Shown here piece by piece: positions 1 to 12,300 of a DNA stretch of 64,000 nt. Source of the stretch: Catajapyx aquilonaris (Eukaryota); the NCBI GenBank assembly GCA_000934665.2, contig KZ538080.1:1-64000 (forward strand), given 5' to 3'. The notes beneath the pieces were generated by a model that was not told where the DNA came from, ran no database searches, and saw only the letters and a program-made list of their open reading frames with translations. Both the position numbers and the translations under genes were made by a program. The number at the start of each line of letters is the position of its first letter. The stretch's first letter is position 1.

Positions 1-96
1 ATTGTATAGCCATAGTTATTGCAAAGGTTACTACCAAATGAGTCACTCTTATGGAAAAGTATTTCATAACCCGAGCAACGCCGGGTATCCTGCTAG
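1..96 (+). mobile_element. 3' end of a non-autonomous Helitron (truncated by window edge)
   Basis: Subterminal hairpin CCCGAGCAACGCCGGG followed ~10 nt later by CTAG|T (93-97). The same terminal structure occurs in the complete copy at 21216-21524. Confidence 0.7.
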
Positions 97-1630
97 TCGC
101 TCATAAAAATGTTGTTGAGCGATATAGTACAATATCGCCGCAGGTCCGCCGCACATCGATCGCTAACTCCTGTAACACCGCCAACTTCTGAATGGTCCTT
201 CTCTTATAGCTCCCCAATCTCAACGCGGCCATTCCCAGCCAAAGTGCTTCTTTCACCTCCCCCATATTGTGTCCTGTAGAAAAGAGTCATCAAGTTGTTT
301 TTTTTTCTAAAATCAAAGTTTGGTCAATGGTCCAATTACCCTCCAAATATCCCATGCAAATTTTTGAGGATCCAATTTTTTTTAAACATTTTGGCACGAA
401 ATCAATGCACATTGCCAGAAGATTCGGATGATAATTAAGTTTCCTCATAGGAGTCGTTTCTTGGGAGGTTATGACCTTAGGTGCCAATCTTCAGTTCATA
501 AAGTGTCACGGTGCAGTAATAACCGGGACATTGGATTTACGGGGTGTTTAATGCTTCGGTAGTGACCCTGTCGGTTTTTTCACAAAGGGTTGGAAATGTT
601 CCAACGATATGCACATTTCTCACCAAACATTCGAAGTATGAACATTACACACGTCTAGCCTCAGTTTTACCATTTTTGAAAAATAATTTTTGGCAATTTT
701 TTATGAACTTGCACATTTTTCACCTTGTTATCCATTACAGAAAAACAATAAGACTCACATTTTTTCTCATCACGTCTTGATCCCTCCCATCAGTCTATGT
801 CAACCCACTCATTTGGATCAGTTCTTCGCCATTTTTTTGTGCCCATTGTTTCTCCTTTAAATTAGAAGCCTTCTGCAGCTGACCCCCTTTGAAACGAACT
901 CAGCTGCAGAAATTTATTGCCACCCCCCCCCCCCCNCCCCCCAAATTACAGGGTCACTCGCAAAAAAAAAAAAAATGTGAAAGGTCCTATATTCATATCA
1001 AAATGACACTTGTCGCCTTACAAAAACTCTTAATGAATTTTTCCTCCAATTAAATATCCCTTTGTCTAACGAAACTAATCAGTCAGATAATAGAATCCAA
1101 AACGTACCTACATCCTCCTGTTGCCAAGAAGTATTTTTGGGTTTTCTTCGTTAAGATCCCAGATGCTGTTTGGAACACGTCCGACCCCGTCAGACCCTAG
1201 ATGGGGACTGTTCCTCTTTGGAGGTTGGAGCAATTCCCTACCTCGTGTTCTCACAGGCAGACGGCGCCTGATTCGTCCCACCGTATCAACACACGCAATC
1301 GCACAATCGATGAGAGTTGCTACAAATGTATGATTTCATTTAATAGGATATGCATGACAAAGTGGTGCAGCAAACAAGATTGGCAAATCACATCAGAGTG
1401 ATTCGAGTAGACTTTTTTTAATACCCCCGTGATAGGGTGGAGCCCTCTTAGGGGGGAAGGGGAGGTTCCCAAGGGAGAGCGATGTAATTTGAGTCATTTC
1501 TGACTTTGTGAAATACACCAGACCTTTTCTCCTGGCCCTGGGCAGAGTAGGGAGTGCAATCGGGTGATACGAGTAGACTTTTTACTCATTGCCAAGGAAA
1601 TTCAGACACAATGACATAGAATCAGGGAGC

Positions 1631-1948
1631 AGGCGCAAACTTCTGTCGGCGCCTTCGATGTTCGCGTCTCTCTGTTTGGGGCAGTTGCCAAGGCTGGCGG
1701 CCATTTTGAAGTGTGGGGAACGCCAACGAGGTATAAATAGGGTACAGGCAAAAATAGGGTCCGCCATCTTTGATGGTTTTGGCGACCATGGCAACTACAT
1801 GGCAAGAACACGCGCGAATCAAAGATGGCGGACCCTATTTTTGCCTGTACCCTATTTATACCTCGTTGGCGTTCCCCACACTTCAAGATGGCCGCCAGCC
1901 TTGGCAACGCCCCAAACAGAGAGACGCGGAAATCGAATGTTTGCGCCT
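1631..1948. repeat. Long near-perfect inverted repeat (foldback/MITE-like palindrome)
   Basis: Left arm ~1631-1774 (AGGCGCAAAC...CCGCCATCTTTGAT) is the reverse complement of the right arm ~1818-1948 (ATCAAAGATGGCGG...GTTTGCGCCT), with a ~43-nt spacer. This explains the mirror-image ORFs in the track. No clear TSD. Confidence 0.9.
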
Positions 1949-3249
1949 TTTATGTAGTATATGCTCCCTGACTAGACATAAAACCGGAAGTGGCCAGTCA
2001 ATGGCAGTTGACTGAAGTCCGCTGAATCCGAATCCGAAAACAGTTTGTCGTTATCTCTTGCGGATACCTGTCCACAGAAGTGGACAGACAGAGCCGTTCC
2101 GATGAGAAAATGTCTAAAAATTAGTAGTGACAGCCCCACATTTGCAATCCTAAATTAATTTACAAAATAGTCTTTCATCCTATGGATACATTCTATCATA
2201 TATTCTATTCTATCATAGATAATAGCCAACACATTGGTTTTTAGGGACCACCCAGTCCGTTTTGTTCTCACTTGGCATCAATAGCCTGATGGAAAGGATG
2301 ATAAATAACACTTGGTGGCATTATGCAATTGGGTGCCATGCACAACCGGTTTTTGGGGAATTTGAGCTTTTTGTTATGGGTATGCCTAGTTTTTCATAAA
2401 AAATTATATTGCACTCGTGGGGGATAGCCCGGAATGCACTCATGCAAAACAGCGTGTGCAATGCCAATATAACACGGCAGGGGTACGCAGATTATTTGCC
2501 AGGAACACACATTTGGCATGCCGTGCAAAAGTGGGCCGTTGTAAAGTGGGCTCAATTTTTCCAGGAAAGTACCCGAGTCAAGTGATGTAAACTGACACTT
2601 GGCATGCAATATTGAAACTGCCAGTGGGTACTTTACCTATGTGCGTTGAATACGAAGGTGAAAAATTGCTTTCTGGTGCACTGCGTCAATGAACTGGGTC
2701 CACCTAATTTTTCACTTCCAGCTTGCTTCCATTTTATGGGTTGACCCTCCCTGGAGAATACTGTGGGTTATGAATGCAGGGAAGTCCTGGAGCTATAAAT
2801 TACTCCTAGAGCTCCCTCATGAGTGATATGGCTGGGTTGTGTGGGAATATATCGCCCTTCCTGCCAACCACATATCTCCGGTCTTTCATGTGGGGAAAAG
2901 TGGGCTAAAAAAATAGAGGGCTTGATAAAAGTGAGGAAATGCGGTTATATGTATAGTATGTCCTATGCGGACCAGTACAACATGCAGTTGGTACAGGCTC
3001 AGGCGGCATTGTGGGTGAAGGCATTATTGATTTCCAGACTGCAAGTAACATTAAGCTCCACAGGTGTTTATATTAGCATGCAGCGTATGATTAGGGTTGG
3101 CTGTAATTGCTTAGAGTCGGCACAAAAAATCTGCAGTCACTTTTGATGTAAACAAAAACAATTGGCGCATATTGCATACACTTATATGGCCTCTCACTCA
3201 ATTCTTGAGTACATGACACTGATGATCATATTATCGGATGGTCTGAAAA

Positions 3250-3264
3250 GGTTGGGAACCACTG
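3250..3264. mobile_element. Solo hAT/Charlie-like terminal inverted repeat
   Basis: GGTTGGGAACCACTG nearly matches the right TIR of the element at 6168-6398. The partner end was not found. Confidence 0.35.
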
Positions 3265-3904
3265 CACTAGGAAATGAAATAGTTGCCTCATGTTAGTGGT
3301 TCATTTCAACGTATTAAATACATTATGTCTGTATAAAGATAACATTAGCAAGATCAATCATCGATCAGACACATGATCCATTTTCAAACAATGTGTTAGG
3401 AGAAATTACCAGTGTAATGGCCTGTAAATAGGACCATTTGTGCAACCATACACCTGAAGTAATGTCAAATGGCAACAGCATTTCGGAATCGAGCCATTCA
3501 TTGAAGGAGTGACTAGCTGAGTCTTCCAAGGCGTTAATCACAAAAGAAATGGAAAAGGAAACAATGCTTTTGGACCCTAGGAAAGTTAATGGCTCATGAG
3601 TCGATACAATATTATTTTGCAACAATCAATAAGTAGCAAGAGTAGTTGGCCATTGTTAAGAGATCCAGAAGTCTTGAGAACTCTCATTTACATGCATCAT
3701 ATCAAAACTAATTAACAGGTAATATCAAAACTTTTATAGATGCTACTCAATATCAAAAAGATTTGCGTAGTAAACTAGTACCAACATTCTTGTCACACGC
3801 AAACGTTTGTACATAAGTTAACCTTCCGTGACTCAAGAGGACAGAGGTTTTGCTGAGACAATCAAATCTGTTGCAGCATGAAGCCCGAGTGGAAATTTTA
3901 GCCA

Positions 3905-6900
3905 CTACAAACGTCCATTCGCCATGATCTCAGGCTTTATAGGCAGCTCCTGAGGCATGCGCTTCCACGTGTTGAGGACAGTGTACCTAGAAAACTGCAT
4001 GTAGAGCTTCCGGAACCAAACATATTGGGATGCATGGTGTTGCATTGCTCCCTGCAAGAGACACAGACATGACAAACCCTCCTTGGCCTTTTTAAAAACC
4101 AAAGTTCCGCACCTGTATTTTTTGACGGTCCCTCAGGGTGGCGACATACACATATGGAGAGAATAAATAACTCAAAGGCACGTCCAAGTGGAGGGAATAC
4201 TTGCGCAGAACGTTGACAGATTTCAACACATATGAAGAGCAATCTGGAAGGAGTAGGAAGAGATGGGTCCCATTATTTTGTAATGCAAGAAGAGTGAAAG
4301 CAAGTGCATTATCCCATTTGCAAAAGTGCCAGAGGCAACTTCATGTGAGCCGAGGCCATGCGGAATCTGATTAATGGGCTTGACCTTGAGTTTCTTTCTT
4401 TTGTAGCATGAGTTCCGACTGCAAGATATGACCTTCAGGAGGTAAGTTTAAGGCCTTTAAAATTCCAGGCTGACCATCTCGTAGAGAATGTTACGAGTTG
4501 CCATATTGGAGCCTCATTTTTCATACTGAAGTTACATGATTTTGTGGAGGGTGAAAACCCAGGTCATAGGTTGCCTGCTTGTTGCTAATGCAACATTTAG
4601 GATTGCCCATGACACGAAAATAAAATGCACTACAAGCATATGTGATTAACCAATGCTTCAAAGTGAAGAATTAACTTTTACACGGCAGGTGATTCAATGA
4701 ATCTTTCCAAGACCGAGAAGGCAAGAAACATCAAACTCATTGCCAACAAAACAAATCTGCCTGGATTGCGTGGGTTGTTCATCGGTGACAAACAAGAACA
4801 GCCAACTTTTAATAACACTATCAGTCTGGTAAGATTCGTTTTACTGAGTTTGGTTTGTGATTTGCTCGCAGCTCTAAGGCTGAATTGCACGATTGACATG
4901 TAGACCAGAAAAAGTGGTTTTACTGGCAAGTTAAAAAATTTTTGTGGGCCGAGTTCCCAAAGTGGGCCACGGCCAAAACAGCTTGAAAATCACTGTTCTA
5001 ATTCATCGCAACATTTTGCAGTACTTGCTGTTTGCAATGTTAAATGTGATAAATTACATCACACACATCATATTTCCCAAGACTGACACTACACAGGATG
5101 GAAATCAGCCAAACATCCATAACAATAGGTTGAGGGGAAGTGCGACTCCAGTTGCATATAAGAATTCGCATTTCCAGATACTAATGTGCAAATAAGACTG
5201 GAGTGTGTGTGGTATGAAAACAGACATTTCAATTGCAACAACTTCCCTATTAAAAATTAAATGCATTTGCCCTTCTGCTGAAATTATTATGGTCAAACAC
5301 AATATTGCTAAGTGTGAATTATTCTATTACAAATATTATTGCAAAAATGAAGACTTTTTAGTATATCATTTTTTAGATATTTGTTATGAAAATTTAAGAA
5401 TGTTCTGGGTCAGTAAGGTAATATCAATCTGGAAAAAGTTGGTCAAATATGGCAATTTTGCATGAACCATCATGAAAAATTCAGTAGTAATCCCATGTGA
5501 ATATAAAGGTAGGCTAGTCTTCCTGTCAAAAACATTGAGTTATAGATTATTCTCAGTGAAATACTGGTGACCCTAATTATCCCCTTCGCTACCAGCTGTA
5601 CCCGCCATCGCCTATATTTTCGGCTACAAATACTCTGATGATAAGGACAAGATATTTTATAAATAATAACAGCTATTCTTACATGTTCATGATCTACACA
5701 ATGTAGGCTATGTGTTGAGAATTGGATCAATTTTACACTTCTAGAAGTCCTTAAATTAATTCCCAAAAAGATCACCGTAATAACTCGAAATTCAAGTACT
5801 GTACTACCAGCCAACTGTTAGGCTGATTTGATTATGCTTTATGAAATACGTTAAAATGTACCGAATATTTATCTTGAGAACTGGATGAAACGAATTTGCC
5901 GAAATAATTGTACTTTACATGAAATAAATCAATTTGGAAGTTTTCTGAAATGAAAAAGACGATTTCAGCAAATTCTCCTGACACGGTTCTCAAGGTAGAT
6001 ATTCTGTATGTTTGAACATATTTTATAATTAAATCAGCCTAAAAGTTGGCCCGTAGTACTTGAATTTCGAGTTTTTACGGCAGTCTTTTTGGAAATTAAT
6101 TTAAGGACTTCTAGACAAGGAACATTGTTTCCAACACATACATTGGGTAGAGAATGAATGTCTGAGTCAGTGGTTTCCAACCGGGGGGTCGCGGGCAGGG
6201 TCGCGAGCCTTGGTTCGACTTTTTTTTATTTTTGCAATTTCTGTGTAAATTGAACAATTTTTGCGGCCGTACAAAGTGTATGTTTTCTGGAAAATGGGCA
6301 GTCATAGAAGAGGCCAGGGGAGGAGGGAGGGGGGAGGGGTCGCGCATTTATGGAAAATGCTTAGGAGGTCGCAGTTGGTAAATGGTTGGAAACCACTGGT
6401 AGGCAGGGTAGAGCTGTTATTATTTATGCATATGCAATATTTTGTCCTTACCTCAAATTTGTGTAAGTGAAATTCTAGGTGATGGGGATATAGCTGGTAG
6501 CACAGGGGTTAATGTTTTCTTTAGGGAATGGTGGGACGAAAGGACGCTGTGTCACCACACACATGAGAACCCCATGGCATTTCCACCCACTTCTCCCACC
6601 CTCCACTCCCACCTCTGATCACCACAACTAGCTCCCATTATGCCCTTCCTCCCCCATAATCATGACGTTGGGCTGCTGATCACATAATTATCACTCCATC
6701 CATTACACTTCAATTTGGGCCACCAATAGTTGCATTACAACCATAAGCATGTTTGACTTGATCATCAGAAATATGCCTGAGGATCAAACTCAATCTTGAC
6801 CAAAATGTGACTTGAGATAGTTCTGCAATTCATGTCATCTGTTAGTAATGTACTCTATGTCATTCACATTCTAAAATATCAAATTCACATGTCAGTAAAG

Positions 6901-8828
6901 ATGTAAGAATGATAAGTTGACAAACACTTGGATCGGGAAAAGTTGCACCTGCAGTGAGGAATAAGGTTCAAGAGGCTTTTACCCCACTGAATTCAGGACT
7001 CAAGTTTTAGACATTTGGGATGTAACCTCTGAAAAGCAATTTTGAGTATCTGAAATGACAAGTTACACAATAACATGGCCACTGATATCAGGCTAAACGC
7101 TCATAAATAAATGCAGGGCAACAGATATGGCACGGACCCAAAATAAAAATGCGTATTAGTTCAAGTAACATGGCTCAAATGAGATGCCAAGTCAACAATT
7201 TCCCATCAAGATCAAATTAGTAATAAGTACATGACTGTTCCGCAAATTTAACCTGGATCGCAATAGAAGGTCGGAAATTCAGCTTTCATTATTCATAATC
7301 CCATTGTGATTGTCAGAAGTTACTAAAGTTAGTTTCATGTTAGTTACATGGTTAGTCTTATGGATAATATATGCTGCCTGAATTACACTCGAAATTCATG
7401 CTTCATGTGTTTGAATTCACACCTTACTACATTAGAATTTCCCATCACTATCCACTTGAGTTTTGTTATCATTATTTTTTTAAACACCTCAGGTCATATT
7501 GCCCTCTACAAAATACACCTCACTTCAGTACCCTTGAAAACTGACAAAAAAGAATGACCAGAAAATAAAACAAGAAGTGCACAAAGAGAATTGAGAGTAG
7601 AGAAAAGCCACGTACATTGAGGAAGTTGTTCATGAAGACATAAGTATGAAACTGCGTGATAAATGGACGAGTGATTCCGATGTCCACTCACTCCTCCTTT
7701 GTCAAAGGTGAGCAGCTATGTGGGAGAGAATCAGGCCACAGACCCTTCAAAATGGGCTGACAATGGCAATATGGCATCAAATCTAGTGATTATATTATTA
7801 CCGTATCAATTTCAAGCTTGTGGACATAGTCTAGGATTATCCTAGATATCTTCTCTGGACTCCAAACCACCTCGGGGTCATCCGACATCTTCGTATGCCT
7901 CAGAAGGGTCACATTCTCCTCAGGGACTCCCAGCTCCTTGCAGCTCTTCCACAGTTCACCTTTCCTCACATGCCCTTGGTTGTAATAATTCCCTGGAACA
8001 ATAGGTATTGTTCAGGTCTTATTTGAATGTGTGATAGATGTATCCCGATCACACTGACTTGTCACCTACTTCATTAGCTCTGGAAGACTTGTGCATCCCA
8101 CTTTTCCACATTAACCCAAGTACATATCTGTTGTCCCAGGAAATAATGTGAATGCAGAGCCTGCGACTGACCTTTGTCCTAATTGCTTGCTCTCCACTTA
8201 AATTCAATTATCAGAAAACGGCTTGTGCCCTGGAATCATGATTTTTCACCAAATTTTTTTTCAATCCCTACTTGCCAATTGGGTGCCAGGTACTGTATTT
8301 GACCGCATATTTTCCCCAAAAGTTGCTTAAAAATCGCTCTGCATCTAATATGCGAAAATACATTAAAAACTTTTTTACTGAATATGATATGCGGAGGTGC
8401 ATCGTACATGCCATTAAGTACGGTACTTTTGGGATTATCCATTAATGTCACATTCATCTGGTGGTTGACAATGTGACGTCAACTCGCATCAGCTCAAAAA
8501 TCCTAATTCAGCGAAGGTACAGTGAATACATTCATCACCAATCATTACAGACAGTATGACGGCTGGCATACATGTTCCTCGGAGCGTGTGAATTACCTGG
8601 TGAGAGGCAGAGCACATACACCTGTGCGTGGCTGGTGATCCTGACCAGCGTGGGGCCGAAGAACATGCACTCGTCATCCGGATGGGCAATGACGAGCAGT
8701 GCCCTCCTGACCCCACTGGGCATGGACTTGTTCTTGACAAACCATCGGACGTAGGCTGCCAGCAGGTAGAAGGCTGTCCCGAAGAGCATGAAGCCAAGCA
8801 TGTTGGCCCACATAGAGGCGGACATCAT
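3905..8828 (-). CDS. PIGL: N-acetylglucosaminyl-phosphatidylinositol de-N-acetylase (PIG-L). Exons 8828(or 8813)-8597, 7992-7802, 7715-7616, 4243-4113, 4051-3905
   Basis: N-terminal hydrophobic anchor, then LLVIAHPDDECMFFGP, LCLSPGNYYNQGHVRKGELWKSC, LLTFDKGGVSGHRNH, VLKSVNVLRKY and AMQHHASQYVWFRKLYMQFSRY. All introns are GT-AG with matching phases. The exact start codon is uncertain. Confidence 0.95.
5581..6508. mobile_element. Degenerate non-autonomous piggyBac-like foldback element in PIG-L intron 3
   Basis: Ends TTAT|CCCCTTCGCTACCAGCTG... and ...TAGCTGGTAGCACAGGGG|TTAA. Imperfect inverted arms: 5581-5680 vs 6408-6508, and 5741-5835 vs 6026-6115. Confidence 0.65.
6168..6398. mobile_element. 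hAT/Charlie-like MITE nested in the piggyBac-like element
   Basis: Perfect 15-bp TIRs CAGTGGTTTCCAACC ... GGTTGGAAACCACTG and repeated internal GGTCGC motifs. No matching 8-bp TSD is visible. Confidence 0.75.
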
Positions 8829-9247
8829 CCTGAGCGAGGGTGGGCCTGGCAGCAGCCTGGATGGCAAGGAGGGGCGGACGTCGGGCAGGAACCAGAGGAG
8901 CGTCCCCACTCGGACGGGCGGGTTCAGCAGTGCAGCAGCCCTGGAGGAGAAGGGCAAGGCAGGTGGCACCTGGAGAAGCAGCATCCGACGCATGGCAAGG
9001 GGACCATGCACGCCATGGCCCACCACCGCAGACCAGCACCAGGAGATGATGGAGGAGGACACACCACCAGTGCCCACCGCCGCTGCACTAGGCGCCGACC
9101 AGGGTTGGAAACAGGGCATCTCTCACTGGCGCCGACCCAGACCAGAGGAAGGGTATTTCCATCCCTGGTGGTGGCGGCCTGCGCACCACGGCCTGCTGCT
9201 GCTGTGCACCCGTGGCACCCACCCAAATGGCCGCCAAATCCAAACAG

Positions 9248-9281
9248 GTTGCCAGGGAAACCCGACGGATCGAAGTAAACA
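9248..9281 (+). promoter_or_regulatory. RFX X-box plus forkhead (FoxJ1/Fd3F-type) motif upstream of CFAP251
   Basis: GTTGCCAGGGAAAC (9248-9261) fits the X-box consensus and GTAAACA (9275-9281) fits RYAAAYA. Both lie 50-85 nt upstream of the ATG of a motile-cilium gene. Confidence 0.7.
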
Positions 9282-9330
9282 CTGGGGCAACAATAATAGC
9301 CACCGCTCCTTGCCCACTTTACAACTGAAC

Positions 9331-12300
9331 ATGTCGGGTTCCGATTCGGGTGACCCCAAATTGCCTGCTGAAGATGGGTCTGAAGATGAAGAGGATACCG
9401 CGACCACTGATGAAGCATCTGTGCCGACTCAGAGTAGTGGAGGAGAATACCTCACCTCGACTGATGATGAAGAATATGATGAGTCTGTCACACCTACCCC
9501 TGACAGTGTCGATGGCAGAGACTTATCTCGTCAAGAGGGATATTTGGAAACCGCGGGGGAGGAAGATACGGAGGAGGACGAGGAAGAGGAAGAGGCAGAA
9601 CAGGAGCCTGTAATAAGTGGTGTGGACGTACAAGACGATGACATCAAAATCATTAAGGGGGCTGATGACTACGTGCCATCGCAGATTCGGATCCCGCGCA
9701 CACCTCCTTCCTCTCCAGAGAGTGGTGTTGGTGAGATGACTGACTGGGACCAGATGCCTTTCATCCAACCTGAACTGGTGATGAGATTAGAAGGGGAGTC
9801 CCCAACAACTTCTGAACATATGTTAAAGTTGCACACTGTTGTAAGTATAGCTGCGGTAGTACTGTACAATGATCTACAACAATTTCCTTGCAGGAAACAG
9901 GTGCATTCACAACTGAAATTCCTCCAGAATCTGATCAAACCGTCCCCAAAGTGGAGCAAGAATCAGCTCATGACCATGCAACCGAGGCAGAGAGGCATCA
10001 CTGTGGTTGTTCAACAGCAAAAGACAGTATCAGGAAGGAAAAGAGAGAAAAACAACTAGGGGAAGTGGACAGTGGGACGTCGATTGGTGGTACAAACCTG
10101 GATGATGGAGGGAAGGGGCTACGGAGGTCAAGTAGGTTCAATGTGAAAACTGTCCGGGTGGAAGCTGAGCCAGTGAAACCGGAAGGATTGTTGGAAGTTG
10201 TTGAGGAAGAATTTGTTGAAGTGAGTCATGCAACAATCATGCTTTTTGGGTATAACTGAACCCCAGCAAAGGAAATGTAATCAATGGTCTTTGTGCAGAT
10301 GAAAGAAGAGGAAGAATCTAAGGATAGTCTGGAATTCTTGGAAAAACCTGCAGAGCTTGAAGAGGGCACTAAAACCTCTCAGGTGGTAGGTGTAGATAGG
10401 TTTGTGCGTATAAACTGCATGCAATTGAGTATGGTTTAATCTAACAGGAAATAAGTGGCGAAAGGAGCGCCAGTGAGAGCAGTGACGACGAGTCACTGGT
10501 AGTGGAAACTCAGCCTCAAGAGAGAAGGAAGGATATGTTCCTGACCCCTTTGGTAAGTCATCATGGACTACCAAATAGATCAACCAGCCATAGAGACAAT
10601 ACCCTCTCCCTGTTTTATCTAGTAGCATATCTGCAGACTTAAAATGTGCAGAGCAAAAATTCTTTACTGTTCCCCACGCTCTTTTTCTCTATGACAAAAA
10701 TATTATGGACTGACGCAGATCCAAAGACATTCATTCATCTTCCGATGAGTTCGGATGAATCATTAAATGCATGTTCACCTACGCAGAGTCTCAAGTGGGT
10801 TTATGGCTTCAACCCAAATGTTCCTCTGGTCAACCTTACCACTCGGAGCAGATCAGAAATAGCATTTGCTGCAGGCTATGTTGTGGTCCTGTATGATTAC
10901 AAGAAGAATTCTCAACGGATGCTGCAGGGACACGTGAGTCCCTTTTTTTACATATTGTCTGTGAAGGTAAATTGTTGCTATTTGTTGGGCTTGGAATCTT
11001 TGAAATCCCCATGGATTAAAAAATGAGTGCAAACCATTCATTTCGTTACCTTGTACAGTACACCCTGTTGCTTTGATTCATTAAAAATACAATTTATTTA
11101 AAAGCAATTGTTCTTTTGCAGAAAAATGTAGTGTCGTCAATGACATCTGATGCATCAGGACGGTACTTGGCTATAGCAGACAAAGGACGTGACCATATGC
11201 TGACCATTTGGGACACACGCAAAGCGTAAAGAGACAAGTTAAACTTGATGCTTTTCTTCCATCAACTGCTGGCAGTCTCATGATTTACTTTCTAGGGTGC
11301 CACTTCTGACCATATATGACCCTCACCCAGGCAGCGGTGTTGAACAGACGGTATTCAGCTATGATGGAAAGTTCATCATGACCCTGAGCAGCAGTGAGCC
11401 ACAAGTCTTGTGCCTTTGGGATTGGACTAACGGATTGAGTGATCCTCTTTGTAAGGCGAAGTCCTTCTTGCTTGTTTGTGGTGGCAGTAGTAATACGAAG
11501 CCAATAGATTCATGCCACATTGTTGTCACACTCATCTAATTAAGGAGTTGTTGCTTCCTGTGGTGTTTTAGGCAAAGTGGACATCCTTCCTGAGTGGGGA
11601 TGGCAAATTAATCTTGCATTTGATCCAACCAACTCTACCTTCATGCTGAGTAACAGCAGCCATCAGGTTGTGTTCTACACGTTGAGGACTGATGCACATC
11701 TTGACACAGGAGTAGTTCGATACTTCTTGGAAATCCATGCACCAGTGATTGGTCCCAAGGACTTTGTTGGAGAAGTGGGGTCATTCACAATGTCTACTTA
11801 CCAACGAGGTACCCGTCAAGCCCTCTCTGTCACCAGCATTGGCAACGTAGTGGTATGGAGCGACCTTAGTCTCACAGGTTCAAGGTCTTCTGCCTATGAG
11901 AAACCCACCAGCAACAAGAAGCTTGCTGTGAAGATGGTCAGGCTGGACAAGAAAGCCATCACTTGTCTTACGGAGACTGATGGGTAAATATCCGCAGTTT
12001 TTTACGGTCATGTGAGTTGAATTGATTCATTAGGTTAGGTTTTATCAGAACTGGAAACCCATTTTTGTGGCTTGAAAAGAGTCAGAGAAGTTTAAGAACA
12101 AACTTTATATTGTCGCTTTTTTAACCGAAAAATGTTTTATACATCCACTTTGGTTGTATAATTTGTCAGTCATATGCAGTGGGCATAAGGTTATAGTGGG
12201 AATTAGAAATACTTCTTCGTACCAGTAGTGAGTCTGAGTTGCTTATGTATTTTTACAGGTACATTGTGACCGGTAATGCCTCAGGAGCAATCCACTTCTA

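Noticed and set aside
260..1000. Tc1/mariner-like MITE fragments (AGTGACCCTGT ~561; TACAGGGTCACT ~947)
   Set aside because: The ends face outward and the boundaries could not be defined.
1399..1585. Direct repeat GAT(T/A)CGAGTAGACTTTTT, twice
   Set aside because: Only two short copies with no array structure. It is not CRISPR-like, and the DNA is eukaryotic.
1582..2015. Cluster of mirror-image ORFs with shared peptides
   Set aside because: These are a by-product of the inverted repeat and show no recognisable protein.
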